Positions 36,752 to 51,431 of a stretch of DNA of 64,000 nt are shown here, one piece after another (the first letter of the stretch is position 1; every line of letters starts with the position of its first letter). This DNA is from Yuukianura sp. NJ FZ-2021 (taxonomy: Eukaryota): assembly GCA_046563655.1 (NCBI GenBank), contig CM102283.1, forward strand, positions 7,688,001 to 7,752,000. The letters are read 5' to 3'. The notes below the pieces were generated by a model, which saw only the letters and a list, made by a program, of their open reading frames with translations, searched no databases and had not been told where the DNA came from. Made by a program: the position numbers and the translations under genes.

Positions 36752-39700
36752 CACAAAAGTGCGCCTTTTTTAGTCTCCATTAAAATAAACGGCCGCCAAA
36801 TTCAGTCCATTATTTACAAACCACAAAACACTTTTGAAAACGTTGATTTTCAAAACCCATTCGTTTAGTTCCAAAACAAAACGCAGCATAAATCACAATA
36901 AAGAAAAACATGGAAAAAATTTAAATTCTCCTAAAGCAAACACTCAAAGAAATTAAATTCGAAAATTATTCTCAAAAACCAAATTCCAGTCAACTTTCAA
37001 AGAAACCAGAATGCTTCACATTATTGCTGGGGCCTCGCCTGAGACTCGTTCAACCGTATAATATTCAGAATTTATACTTTTCGTCTACTTTTCGTCCGAC
37101 CACTTAAAATCAACGTACTAACCGATAATGCGACCTTAGTCGCATTGTCATGCCCTACACTTAGAAATTATTTAAACCAGGACAGGTTCACACAGGTTCA
37201 AAAAGTCAAAGTCCAAAAACATGAAAAATTGGCAGGGGTTCCCCTCAATAATTTTTTTTGCGGGAAACGATTGGAAATGGCATGAAACGTCCTAAAAAGT
37301 GAAAAAAGAGAGACAAAATTTCAAAAAATTTGGCAAAAAAAAAGTTCCTGTACCTCAATTTTAAAGCACATTCCAAGTTTTATAAAGTGAGAATGCATTT
37401 TAACTGGGTTTTGGACAAAAAGTGAAAAAGTTTTTGAAAAAGAAAAAATCACAACTTTAGTTTAGAAACTGAGCTGCGTTTCGCAACAAAAAAAAACAGG
37501 GATTTGGGAATCTAGAGCAAAGTCCATTCCGGTCGCCTTAACGGAATTGGGCAAAATAAATTTCCGGGCAGCCTGGAAATCCCATTTTCGCAAATGGAAT
37601 TCCAACTCACTGCCCAATCTGGAGAAAGAGAGAAGATGGACATTTCGAACGCCTAACCCACCATTTCCCATATCCCAGTGATCCAGGAAGAAGATTGAAA
37701 GGTTTGGATTGATGATGCGATGAGATTGGGGGAAATTCAAGAGAAAAGTCTGTGAAGAGTAAAAAGAGGAACAGATTGTCCGAACCCATGCATTAGACAT
37801 GGACCAATTACACATTCCCTAATCCCCTAACCTTCTCCTCCCTATAAACGAGTTCCACTTTGAGCCAAAGGCAATTCAAAACTCAAAAGTACAGAACCTC
37901 AAAGTTCTAAAATTTAAAATAATTTCCATTCCTTTGAACTTTCTCTCTGCTGTTCCTTTGAGACGGAAATTGAGGAGGCCTTTTGGCCGCCTCTCCCTTC
38001 CACTCCACCTCCTCAATAGCTTAGGTTAACCTCAAAATCCTAAACCTAAAAAAACCTCAACCAAAATAATAGACAGGCTTTTGGCTAACAAAGAGAAAGT
38101 TATTCATCAAAAGGCATTGGCCAGAGAAAAAAAAGTTATAGGAAACCACATACGATTAAACGGAGATCAAAGAGATGCAAATTCTTAAACACGCGGGGGA
38201 AATGATGTAGAAATCTTCCCCTTTTCACTCCTTTGTGCCACACTGTCAGTGTGTAAAAAAAAAACTCAAAATTTTAAAGTACAAAAAAAAAATTCACTCC
38301 AAAAATTCCGGTTTTCACCATTTTCAAAAAAAGACAACCCCAGCCAACAAATTTTGTTTAGAAATTCGAAAAATTACCCTATTTGATCCATTTTTGATCT
38401 TTTTGATCCATTTTCATACATCACCGTAATGACAAGAGTAAAGTTAAAAGAAGAACCCAATCTTTGGATAATATAAAATGAATCCCCCAAATAAAAACAT
38501 CTCATGCATTATGCATGTTTCAACTTTCACTTTAGGCGGTTAAAAAGCACACCTTAAAAAACCAAAAAAAAACCTCTTTTTCCAGCACCGTCTCCTAACT
38601 TTCCCCAACTTGCCATAAAAAATCTCTAAAACGTGATAGCGCCAATTCCCAACTTTCTCCAAAAAAAGCACAAGTACAATTTGTGTTTTTCCTCCAACTT
38701 GAATCACTCTACCAAACCTAAAAGCACAAGCCAAAAAAAAGTGAAAAAACGAAAAAACCGTTCAAAATGCAAACTAGGAACCCGTTTCAAGTCCCACTCG
38801 ACCTGATAATCATAATCCATGTTAACCTTACCCATCATTCCCATTCACTTTCCAATTTCCCTCCGCAACTTTCTCCTTTCCCCCGCCCATCAATTCCCCC
38901 CTCTTTTCCCGCCAAATTGAAATGCATCTCATTTCTTCCCTCCTTTGAACGAAACTAACCTTAAAAGAAGACGGAGAAAGTTTCAACTACGAAAAAAAAA
39001 GACAATCTGCTTTCCCTCGCTTTCTCCAAAAGAAGCCTAACCTAAGTTAAGCTAAACCTAACAAAGTGAAAACTGCTAGAACCAAGAAATTGAAAGTTCC
39101 AAAAGACGTGTAAGGTGGTCTCTAATTTTCACTTTCTCCTTGCCAACCTCAAAAACGGCTGGAGAAAGCAGAAGATTAGAGAAAACGAGGCTTCTGGGAC
39201 GTTCTGTACTCTCATCATCATTAGGATTCTGGCGCTCCTCTTCCAGAAAGATGAACATGTAAAACAAAAGGCGTAATCCTGCCTACAACAGTGTTAAGAG
39301 TGGGAAGACGTCTTAATGAGCAACAGAGGATTTTCCATTGTCTTTGCACAGTGTAAATGGACATCCGAGGACTCATTAGACGTGCACTATAGTCTATGGC
39401 TTAAGGGTGATTTCTCGTACTATGTTGTAATGAATTATCATTCAACAACTAAAACCTAAGGGAAAACATTTATTTCAGCAAGCACAAAGCTCTGCTTACT
39501 TCCCATGCAACTCTCTGTTCTTTAAAGCTCATGAAAGTGGTGGAGCGGAAAGAGAAAATAGATTTCTAGGGTCCGCTTTCTCTCTTCAAAAGCGTTCAAC
39601 CAAAAAACCAAAAAAAAAAGTGTAATGGGAGACAAGAAAATCCGAAAACCAAAAAAAGTGTCCAGAATGTTATGGAGGAAAAAAAAAGAACTATTTGGCT

Positions 39701-42700
39701 CCTCTGTTTAGAACAGGATGACGATGGAGCAAGGGCAATCTCCAATAACATTTTTTTTCTAAACACATCACAACACATGTCGTTGTGTCAAACGACAAAA
39801 ACAAAGGGCCTCTCACACAAAAGATTTTTGTTCTGAGCCCTACGTCCCTTAAAGGGGTCACAAAACAACAACGCCGATGAAAGTGAAATTTACATTACAG
39901 TTTGTACAAAATCCAGTTTACAGGAGACCAATTTAAAAATTAAGCAACCGTAGATGTCCAACGCGGGAAATTGCCAAAATGTCTCCGGAATTCATACAAA
40001 TGAAATCAGAAAATTGCCTAAAAATGAAAAAAAAAGTGTATTTGTTGTTTTGATATTTAAAAATTTGTAATTTTTGGAAGATGGTGGAAGCGGGAAGACT
40101 AAATCGTGGTTTGGTTTTTTGAAGATATTTCCTTTGTGTGAGAGAGAAAGCACCTGTTTCCAGTGTCTTTCTCCAAGATTTCCTTTCTTCTACAACTAAT
40201 TCATCTTCCTATTCCTTCCAAATGGCTCAAGTAACAATGACAACGGAATCCACAGAGCAGCATTGCTTCTATGGAGAAGTGCAATCCCATATCCCACACT
40301 CGGAACAATAAAAATAAAAACAGGAACGGTCTGCTTAATTTCCCCCATTGTCTTCTCCCTATCCAACAACCTTTTGGACATCACCCAACCTAAATCCACC
40401 ACAATCCGAAGCGGATGCACATAATCCAAATGGAAATGTACCGAGTTGCTCACAAAAAAGTGGAAAGCAACAACAAAAAATCCGTAAAACCAAAAGGCAG
40501 AACGAGGAAAATCTATTCAACTTTCCCCATAATCCTTAATCCAAAAGAATTTTTTTCTAAAATTGTAGTCAAAATTTTCAAATTCTCGAACCTTCTAAAA
40601 ATTTGTGTCACAACTGTCAAATTTTCTGAATTTGCAAAAAATTGAACCAAAATTGAAAAAAAAATTTCAAAGTTTTTCCGACAACAACACAAAGCAAAGA
40701 AACGGACAAGTTAATGGTGTAGTTGGAGTTTTTATTTCTCGTTTTCGTATTTCGAGAAGCTTCAAAACGTTCGGAATTCCCATTTCTTGAGCCTACTTTC
40801 ACTTCCGGTTTTGAAATTTGTATAAAAAGAGCTCTGTACAGAGAGCAAGCGAGGGCACGTGCCACAGGTTCCACAGTTTCCAACGGCCTCTTCGCAGTCC
40901 CCCTCCCTCAACATCACAAAACAGAGTACTGGAAGTGTTCCCTTAATTATCTCCCGTTGTCCATATGACGCTTCCCCAAGAAAAAAAAAGTACAGGTGAC
41001 TTTTCCAGTTAATTTTGGCATTATATTCTTTTATCCTCTTCATATTTATACTTTCATGTTATAACTTTTTACTCTTTTACAATCTTTCCCCACGGAAGAC
41101 ACCAATGGAGATGAGCATCTGCTTCCAAATATTCAACCAACAGCTAAAAACCCGCTTCTCCAAAAATAATCAACTTACTCCACCAAAACATTAATTCAAA
41201 CGGTCGCTGCCCGCATAAAAACCACAATTTCACTCGTGATTCAAAATCTCACAAATCATGGCCCAATTCCAATCTTTTCTCCTAAAATCTACTTTCTGGA
41301 AGATTTGTTTCCTAGTAAAGACAGAGATCATTGGCAACAAAATCCGGAAATCGCCAGGAGGAAAGCAGTTCAACAACTGCTGCTGCTCCCTTTAGTAGTA
41401 AGTTCAACGTGAGAAAATAAATCATGGTCAACAGATGCTGCACAAAAACTACTTTTCTGCCCTTCCAGAACTTCAGTCCACCTCAACCATACAAAAAAAG
41501 AGCAGTTTCGAAAAAAACAACTTCCAAAACGAACTTCAAACCCCAAAAACAAAAAGTCCAAAAATTTCAAGCCCAAAAACCTTAAAAATTAATTCAAATT
41601 CTTCCAAAAACAAAAACTTTCAAAATGGATCTGAAATTCATCTAAAAAACAATCCAAGCAAGAATCCGAATTTCAAATTAAACTTCCAATCCTCTTCCCG
41701 CCTATCTTCAAAATTTACTCAAAATTTTCAGCTAAATATGAAATTTTAAACTTATAAACTTCCAAAATTTCAGTTTCAGCTTTTTACACAGTTAACTCCT
41801 AGTCAAATTTCCATTTTAAGCATTACCACGCACATTTCCATGTCCGAGCTCTTTATTGTTAGAAAATCCTCTGCGCCTGCCTCGTTTTCAGTAAAATCAT
41901 CTGCTTCCAGGAAATACGCCGTTAGAAAAAGCAGCGCAGTGCCAAGAATGCTATTCAGCGGAAAAAGCAAAGGAAAGTAACGGTGGTTGACTGAAGTGTG
42001 TGTTGGGTGCCACGGTGGAGCTCCTGCGCCTCCTACTGGACCCTGGTCTCTCCTTTTCCTTTGATTCTGCCGGCCACTTCTGGACTCTCGTCACGTATTT
42101 CCATATTCAAAAAATGTATCGTAATTTTAATTTTTACAATACAAAAGAACACAACAATGACGAGATGACATGACAATGCGGACAAAGAAAACCTAAGACG
42201 TATACACCTGTTTCTGCTTTCTTGCTGTTTTTAAGCACAAAACACCGCCGTCGCCAGCACCCACCAGCCCAGCATCTTCATTTTTTGACCCGTAACATAT
42301 AAACCGTCTAAGCAGCAACTGTCACAGTTTCAAAATTTCAAAAAAAGCATATAAACTTAAAAAATTCCACAATCCAAAACTCTCAAAAATCTTCCAGACT
42401 AAACTTTTTCTCTAAAACGCTGGTCATAATTGAAAATGAAATCAATATTTTCTAAACTTCTACGCACAAGCCGAGTCGTCCGCTCCTGCTTTCCGGCGCG
42501 TGTCTTTGAAGTGGGCTCAGACACCACAAAAACCTTATGAATATTGTTTTAAAAAGGAAAAGTAATTGTGTAAGGCTCTTATTTAGCATAAGGCAGGTGG
42601 AGGCGGGAAACACCACTAAAAAATTTTCAAATGACAAGATTCGTTAAGATTATACACAAAACCAAGGGGTACTTGACTTAAGGGCCAGAAGGGAGCACAT

Positions 42701-45700
42701 CGGCGTAGGGCGGGCACGCGTCCACTATTAGGCATTTTGATGCAACGATTTTTTGTACTACTCCGTAGTCTAACCGAACAGAAAAAATAAAGTCAGCCCA
42801 CGCAGGGCCACAAAAACAATGGAAAGGGCCCTTGACTCCCCCACAAGAAGGGCCTCTCGCAAGCAATAATGCTACAAAAAGTAATAAAGCCTCCAATCTA
42901 ATTTCAAATCCAATGAAGACAGACGCTACTACAATCCGGATTCAGGAGTGGAATCCCCCTTCACAACATAGAAAAAAGCCCATTACCACGTCATTCCCAT
43001 CATCTGGTTTCCTCTTTTAACATTCATCTGCTCATCACACACACTTAACACACAGATCACTCCTAGATTCCCATAAAGTCCTGTACTAAAAAAGACAGAG
43101 CGTGTCCATGTCCTTTAAGCACTTTCCAAATTGACCCCCACCGTGACCTCTGCGGGAACTCACATCTAGAAATAGGAACGGACGGACCCTTAATTCTCAT
43201 AAATCCACCACATATGGTTTAAGGGCTCCACTAAAACCATGGAGTCTTAACACTTCATCAAAATACAATGGATTCAATTGAGTAAAAAAAAAGTTGTATA
43301 TGTCTAGAGATGCGGCGCTGTGAAACACTGCGTCGTCAATTGGCGTAATTTTCAAAAAAAAATGTAACATTCCGTTTTTGCAAAACAGTTTTTCCAAAAA
43401 AAATTTATATAATTTTTTTTCAAAAGTTGTTAAATTCGACCTCAAGTTGTACATTAGAGACATCCGGAAAGCGGAAAACTTTACAAAATAAAATATTCTT
43501 TCAAAACTGTTTTCTGAAATTGAAAATTCTAAAATTTTGGATCTCGCCTAGCGAAATTTTAATCCGAAGTTTCTGATAAATTCGAGGAAACAAAAAAATT
43601 CATGTTTTTATGATGCAATTTTTAACATTTGCAGTGACATGTGTTTATGAAGTTGTAAAATTGTCTTGATTTTTTCCCAGACAAAACCCAGTCATAAAAC
43701 TTCAAAAATTGTGAATTCCAAAAAATGCAGTCCGATTAGAATCTCGAATCAAAATAAAAAGTAAAAGTAAAAAGTTTTTGACATGACTTAGGATTTTTGT
43801 CAAACTCATGCAAAGGACTCACACATTGTTTTTACTAATTAAATTCAGGACACAATTTCTTTCCAGGAAAAGACGCCAAGGCCCCTTAAGAGTACTTAAC
43901 CTTAAAAGCAAAAAAGTAATTTCTGAACCTTCTGTCTCCCTTTTAACTCAAAAGAGCAACAGAAGCGGCTTCCCTTAAGGTCTGTCAGGATTTCACAAAA
44001 AAAAATCCAAAAATCTGCCGTTTTCAAACGGATGAACGTCTGATTAATCCAAAGAACAGAAAAAAAAAGTTGGAAAAGAGTTAAGTTCTGTTATGTTTAG
44101 GATTTTTAAGCCTTCCCGAAGCCCTTTGGAACTTTTGAAGGGCCCTCTCGTCCAGAACAGCGTCAGGTGCCAATCGGGCCAACTTTTCACTCCCTTGTTT
44201 TTGTTCTAAGGGCCCCCTTTGCCACCACTTCACCCGCATGGATCATCGAACCCTTAAAGTCCCTTGCTCCCTTCACTTTCAACCTAACTTAAAAAAAGCT
44301 AAACCTAACTTGCAAAGCAACACGCGAGGAAGAGTAATCATCCTAATCCCTTCCCCCTCTTGGACACGAGCCTTACTCATCATCAAGGGCCCCCGCACAC
44401 GCCTCAAGGGGGCAGGGGGCACACGTCCACTTCATATCTAGAGGATTTCCTCAATTTTCATTTTGACGACTCCCTCTAAAACGACAAAATTTCAAAATCT
44501 TTCTTCCACTTGCTTTATTTTTCAATTTCCACCCTCATCTTTTTTTCCTTTTGTTTTGCCAAGTCGAACTTTCACTTTTCAAAATTCAGAAAATCAGGAA
44601 CAAAATTTAAAAATTTTGAGGATATCCTCAAACCTAGTCCGCAACAATATCAAAATTGCCCTTTGCCCTAACCCACCCTGCATACTCAAAAAGCTATGCA
44701 AGATGCCGCCTTCGAACACCCGATCAAAAACTATGATGATGATCCAGAACAAACAAAACAAAGTAATCAAACCGTCGCGCCGAATTTTTAAAGTTAACAA
44801 ATTACTTTCACCACAAAAACAAGTTACGACACGACAGAAAACTTCAAAAGTTTTAAAATTTCAGTTTCTTATTACTATGACACAAACAAGTTTAAAATAG
44901 GCCAAGCCAGTCCAAAAAAAAAGTTTGGAGAAAGTTTGTCAAAACTTTACACATTTTCGACATATTAAAAACCGCGGACTTTTCTCGGTCACAACCTTGA
45001 CATGCTTGACCTCTTTGACTAGTCGAAGTCAAATCTTTGTTTGGACACTTTGTAGGTGTCACTAGGTCCATCATGCCTAAATTTAAAATGAAGTAAAAGC
45101 GTCTAATGTATAGCCATTAAGGAACGTAGTGCCATAACATATTTTACTTTCTCCTGCGCCTTTCGTTTGAAAAGCGGAAAAGTTCAATCAATTCTTGTTC
45201 AAATATGAATGGAATGAAGTATTACGTTAGGTAATATTCTTCAATTATTCATCTCCAGTCGATTCCCAATTTCCTAGTGGAAGTAAGCATGCATGAATGG
45301 ACAAAAACATCATCTGATAATCATTTTTTTTTCTCAAATATCAAACTACCATCAACCCAATTTTAGCCAGAAATCAAACAACAAATCCACGCCAACGTTT
45401 CAATCACTCCAACGAACAAAACGCCCAGCAAAAATCATTTTGAGGACTGCCACGCAGGCGTAGGAGTAATTTCAAAAGAAATTGAGCTCTAACCTGACAT
45501 TTCCAAGGAGAAAGCGGCCAATATCCCTTACTAGTTTTCCGAAATCCAACAATCCGCACACTTTTTCTTTGGAAATTCATTTTTTTCAGAAATTTCGTCA
45601 AAGAAATCCTAGATTGATTAAGACAAAACACACAACAATACCTTTAAATAATTTGTAAATGTCATTCCTAATTATGATTTCAGAGAATCCGATGTCGGAG

Positions 45701-47348
45701 AAAACAATAAAAAATCCGATATCAGAAAAAAGAAAGCAAATAATTTTCGCTAATTTACTTTTTCATAATTTCCTCCGTAAATTACTGTGGCTAAAATTCG
45801 TTGCATTTCTGCAACAAAAATCTTAAATCTCTTTGCAAAAATTTTTTCCACCAATTTATTTGAATTTTAAACCCATTTTAAGAATAAACCACGCTCCCGT
45901 GTCCAAATTTCTAAAATTTGCTAAATTTTGAAAAGTAGGGGGCAATCGGGGGTCAAAAATCAATTGAGCTTCTTTTTTCAGGGTTACAAAGTACATAATT
46001 GATGACCACGTGTCAAGGGAAGAATATCCATATAGCATATTGATGGCAATTTTTTTTCAAACTTTCCCGGTTTCCTTCTCTCTCTCCTCATAACAAATTC
46101 CAATCACTTTGCCTCACAATTCTAAAATCAAAATATAATTCATAAATTTCTTAAAACATACCCTTTACATAAGCTACACTTAGCAAAATGAAACAACACC
46201 CAAAACCTTTCATGTTTATTTTAAACCACCATTTTCAGAAACTCTCGCCGTAAATTTTCAAACGTTCAAGTACCCGTATCCACTTTTTCAATAATCACAA
46301 CAAAAAACCCAGCACACTTTGCAAATACCTCTACTCTTTTTAACTATGTCAAAATCAGTAATGAAAGAAAAATTAAAAACCGCAAATTTTCATATAACCT
46401 GATCCACTTTTTTGAAAAGACGAAAAATTCAGTGCATTTTGCAAACATTCAAGTACGATTGCCCATTTTTTCAAAAATTACAAACCCAAACAAGCGCTTT
46501 CACTTTTTCTTCTCCAAAAAACTGAAAAAGTTAAAGTCATTAAGATTTTAGAAGCATATTGACACATTTTTGTCTCCTCCACCTTTTTCTTTGGCCAAAA
46601 TCAGCCCTCCGCCCACTTTCTCCAGCCCTGAACGCATCAAAGGCCCATCGCTCATTCAGAAAATGACAGAAAGTGTGGCATAGTCAAAGTTAGCTTTATG
46701 CTTTTCCAAAAACTATTTTTTCAAAAAAGTAAACGCAAACAGCCAATCCCTAAAAGTCCACTTTAGATAATTCCGTCCAATTCTTCTTCTTCTTTTATGT
46801 AATTCCTGTCTCAATTTTTTTTTCTTGGCGGGGAAAGTCACTCCGATTTTTGTCTGCCGGGTCTTTTTTTAAACAACCCGCTCCCGAACTCCTCCCTGAG
46901 TTCTGGGTTTAGCCTGGTTCTGGTTTTAGGTTATGTTCTGGTTTTGAAGTTTGAGGAGGGAATAGGTTAGGTGGGTTTTTGTGGGGTAGAAGCTGGACGA
47001 AAGGTGAGGAAGGGCTCTTGGACTCATCAAAACATAATACACAAACATTAGATTCTCATTTCGGGAGCTTCCTCATAAATATCACCTGCCTTCTCTCCTG
47101 GATTTGGGGAATCCTCACCAACTCCTGTCAGTAGTAGTCACTTCCAGTTCTTCTTGTGAAAAACCTACCAGTTCCTACCCGTCAGTCAGTCAACGAAGGC
47201 TGTAGGACCTACCTGGACAAAATAACTACCGTCAACAACAGACTAGACTGCAGACACCCACAAGTTGACAAAGTGCTTCAAGAAAGCCACTTTCCTACAA
47301 ACTCAATTCAGAGCAAAAGAGAAACACGACTTTCTCCAAGGCAAATCC

Positions 47349-50300
47349 ATGGATCTCGTACTGCCAAAAACCTTGTCCTTGAAAAAAGAAATCATCAGAC
47401 GAGGTAACAAATTCACTTTACGTTTTAAATTCACAAATTTTACAATTTCGTTATCAATTTTCAAAAATTTGAAGTTGAAATCTCAAATTCAACGATCAAA
47501 ATCTAGGTCAAATCGCTCTTTCAAGAGAAGTAGGAGGAGAAAGTTAAAAGTTGCAACTCTTTTCACCCTTCAGTCTAAACCGCTGACTTTACACAAAACA
47601 GGTTTATAGTACTGAAATCTGGAAATCCGTATTGTATGAAGTTCAAAATTTTATCAAAATTTCATTTTGTCGAAACGTTTTTTTTTCTTTAAAATCAAAA
47701 AGAAATTAAGATTAGTACAGTCGTGATTGCCTAACGACAAGATAAAACGTTATTGTTGTTAACGGAGCCAAGAAAAATCAAAACTCCTCAAGTTCTGTAG
47801 TTAGAAACATAAAAATTAAACCGAAAATATCCCAAAAATTATCCGCCTTTAGTTAAGAAAAAAAAAGGTTTTTAATTTTTTAAACATTTTGTTTTTAAAG
47901 AATTATTGATTCAATTAAAAAATTCTTGTTTTACTAACCTTTTCAAGTTAACGTTAAGGTTGAAGCGTCAGAGTTGAAAATTTTCCCTTCAAATTAACTT
48001 GACATTTTCTTTTTCGACATTTAAATGAACAAATTTTCAATACAAACTAACGCAAACAAATTTAAAAATTTATGTAAAACCTCACACTTTTTCGGACTGC
48101 TCGCTTTCCCTGCCTGCAAAATTACGAAAAGAAATAAAACTTTTCCTGTCCCGATTCCTAAGCTAACAAAGTTAATTATTTCAATGTTTTCTCACATCAA
48201 TCAAATTGAGGAAGAAAAGTAAACCCTTCAGACACAAAATCTTGAATTCAAATCATTAGCATTGTTAAAACGGATTTTCAAAAATCCGCCCTAAAAATTA
48301 CTTCCTAACGACAAATGAGAAAAAAGTGGTAGAGAAAGTTAAGAAATCTGTCGAATATTTCTTTCCACACTTGCCTGCCAATTAAAATTGTCAGAAAACA
48401 CATCAAATTATTTACCCACTTTCGTCAAATACAAACAAAACCAAAATTTTCATCACCAAATTCATTAACAAAAAAACCCTCCAAATAAAAAGAAAAACAG
48501 AAAAAAAAATCCAAAACTGTCGTATTTTCCCCAAGACTTTCACCACCTCCAGAGTTTTCTCTTTTTTACAGAATTTTTTTTTTCATTTTGTAACTAGTTG
48601 CTGCTGGTAACGAGAACTTCAACCACCGTCACTACCGCTCATATCCAGAGGGGAAGACCTTTGACCTCAACCCCTGGTCACATTACGGCATTTTCCTTCA
48701 TTCTAACAGCATCTACGCAGGACTCAACCCCACTAGTCCCACCCGATACACTCTCGCCCAAAATCGCATCAACATGGAAGACTTGCTGGACAGAGGTAAC
48801 CAAGGTTCCTTTAGCAACGAAGTAGTTTTTCTTTAACAGTTTAGGCAATAAGTACCATTTTTCCAAAAATGTCTATGCAAAAATTTTTTTACAACTTTTT
48901 GATAACTTTATTTTAGTTAAAAATTTACCCCTATCCATATGAGACTATAGAGCTAAAAGGAAACGAGAGCTGCCGTGGCCGTGATATCTTATCATTTTTT
49001 TGCAATTTTGGGGGGAAATAATTTAAAAACCGACTTAATCCCTAACCTGTTAAAGAAAAAACTTCTTTCTTGTTTGAGAACCTAGGAAGTAACCAAAAAT
49101 TCAAAAAAAAAAATCACAAAATTCAAAATTTAAACAACTTTCACCGGGGAAAACTTTCTACATTACCCTAACACGGAAATCCAAAACCAGGAACATCATG
49201 CCTCGATGACGTGTCCTTTTCATTCCACAGTTGAAATGTTGAAATGTTCCTCCACAATAGTTGTCCCCCTTACCCCCTCCCCTTCTAGAGGGGTGGGAGA
49301 TAGCAATTAGGGCACATCGCAAAGTGAGGAATCACCAAGGGAAAGTTCCATTGATGAATTCCTAATTCTCTAAATACTAATTCTTTCTCCCCTCTGCTCT
49401 TCCAGAATCTCCTCTGGACCTAGACTGTTCAGATGACGTTCCTTTGAATCTGTGTATCAAGTCCAAGGTCACTGTGCCCTCTCCCGTTCCCAGCCGTCAT
49501 CACCACCGAATCTGGTCACCAGCAAGTGCTCTAGAACAGGAACAAGAGAGACTTGGCCTACTTTTGGCCACTGGCAGTGGATCCTCCGGAAGTGAAAACC
49601 ATCACAGCCACTCACATTCACCCGTCTCTTCAGTAAGTTCGTCAACTACCGAACCAGCGTCCACTCGACGCCGAACCCCCATCTACGCCCGTCGTGATTT
49701 TGCACACTTTTCTACCCAGTCATCACATTCAGAACGTTCATTTCAGGTGAGTTTCACACTTTCCAATTCCAAGAAAAACCTAAACGCTTTTTCTCTAAAA
49801 AAAAAAAAAGCTAACCCAAAAATCTACCCTGAAAATCAGAAATTATGAAAACCCTATCATCCACTTTGCCTCTGAAACAAAAGAAAATCTTTCAGAATTC
49901 AGGAACAAAAAATCTTCCAAAATCTGTTCTTTTTTTGGTTTTTCATCCTCATCCCTCCAATTTTTCTGAGATTCAAAGATTCATAGCAAGGATAAGCATC
50001 TGGCACAGGCAGTAACTAACTTTTGCCTTCCAGAAAATCCACAGTTGGTGCTTGCTCCCTCACCTTGCTCATCTTCAGTTCAAAAAACTTAAGGGACAGG
50101 CTGCCATGGGCCCTTAAACGGTTTTAAGGACTCCGCTGCCAGGGAAAGGGCCCAGTGTCATTATCCCGCATTTTTTGAAAAAAGACTTGCAGCCAAGCAG
50201 ACTTCTTTTGTCTCTGAGAAACCTGTGGCAGACGCCAAATTCAAAAAACGCTGAACTGAAAGTAGTTCTAGGTTTACAAATGACTCGAAATGGCAACAGC

Positions 50301-51431
50301 AGCTGTCGTACTCCTTCTGAAGTGGAAATCAGAAGTTTAAGGCTCCCTGGTTCCTTAAGTGCTCCCAGCACTAACTTCATAGACAGACGCCAAGCATACA
50401 ATTAGACTTGCAAAACAGAGATCAAAGGTCTCCTTTACACAAATTGCATTTTGCACTGCTACTACTTCATTTACTTGAATAAATACTTCATTTCCAGTAG
50501 TATTGAACAAGCATCTCTCGAGACAATGCATCCAAACACGCACCAGATGCCTTAAGGGCCACCAGACATAAGGAAATGACTAAAACTCAAAAGTGGATCA
50601 GACCAGGAAATAACTTTCAGTTTAAAATATCTGCACGGAAAATCTTCTTGTTTAAAAAAAAAAGTTCGAAAAAAAAGTTCAATCTGACCCGGATTCCTTC
50701 AAAAAAATTCTGTCCTGTCATAAGACAAGAATCGGAAAAATAAATCTAAAAAAAATCACGAAAAACCTGAAACTATTTCTTCCTGAAGTGGAACAAGATT
50801 TTCAAAAAAATGAAATTCTTAGAAACTGGTTCAAAATTTCATTTTTTTTTTAAATTTGCAGTGCTCACAGTGTGGAAAATCGTTCAAACGGTCCTCAACC
50901 CTGTCAACTCACCTCCTAATTCATTCAGATACACGTCCATACCCTTGTGGCTACTGCGGAAAACGATTTCACCAAAAGTCAGACATGAAAAAACACACCT
51001 ACATTCATACAGGTACGAAAATCCGACTCTTTCTAAAAAAAAATATCTCCAAAAAACCCGTAATTTTCAAGAATTTTATCGAAAAAAAAATCACCCAAAA
51101 GTGAAAGTTGCCTTTTTTGAACCAATTTTCTTTATAATTCTTTATAAAAACAGGCGAAAAACCGCACAAATGCAGTATCTGTGGCAAGGCTTTTTCGCAG
51201 TCGTCAAACCTCATCACGCACTCTAGAAAGCACACGGGATTCAAGCCGTTTGCCTGTGACCTCTGCGGAAGAGCTTTTCAGCGCAAAGTTGACCTCCGCC
51301 GCCACTCTGAAACACAACACACTACTGCCAGTAGTACTGGCAATGACAACGACTCACACTCTACCATGTCCAGTAACCCTGCTCTAAGTCCAGCCACTGA
51401 TCCCGCCTTCTTCAGAACCCCATCACCCTAA
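47349..51431 (+). CDS. sens: Senseless-like Gfi-1 family transcription factor with four zinc fingers
   Basis: Exons 47349-47403 (start uncertain; frame is open upstream), 48598-48795, 49406-49746, 50862-51012, 51154-51431; phases consistent. PLDLD, PLNLC and RIWSPAS motifs, then four fingers [23 protein letters not shown] to [15 protein letters not shown]. Four fingers match the Drosophila Senseless layout. Confidence 0.85.

Noticed and set aside
37141-37460. Repeat-like fragments (also ~43150-43800 and ~45850-46060)
   Set aside because: They look like dispersed-repeat debris, but I found no TIR pair, TSD or second copy in this window.
36026-48222. Many 60-145 aa ORFs between the Gfi genes
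   Set aside because: K/N/F/S-rich products of A/T tracts, mostly with non-ATG starts and no domains; only the parts used in the two exon models are supported.
26680-50560. Recurrent CTTAAG / CTTAAGGG motif in the gene desert
   Set aside because: About a dozen seen by eye, close to a rough composition-based expectation of about ten per 30 kb.
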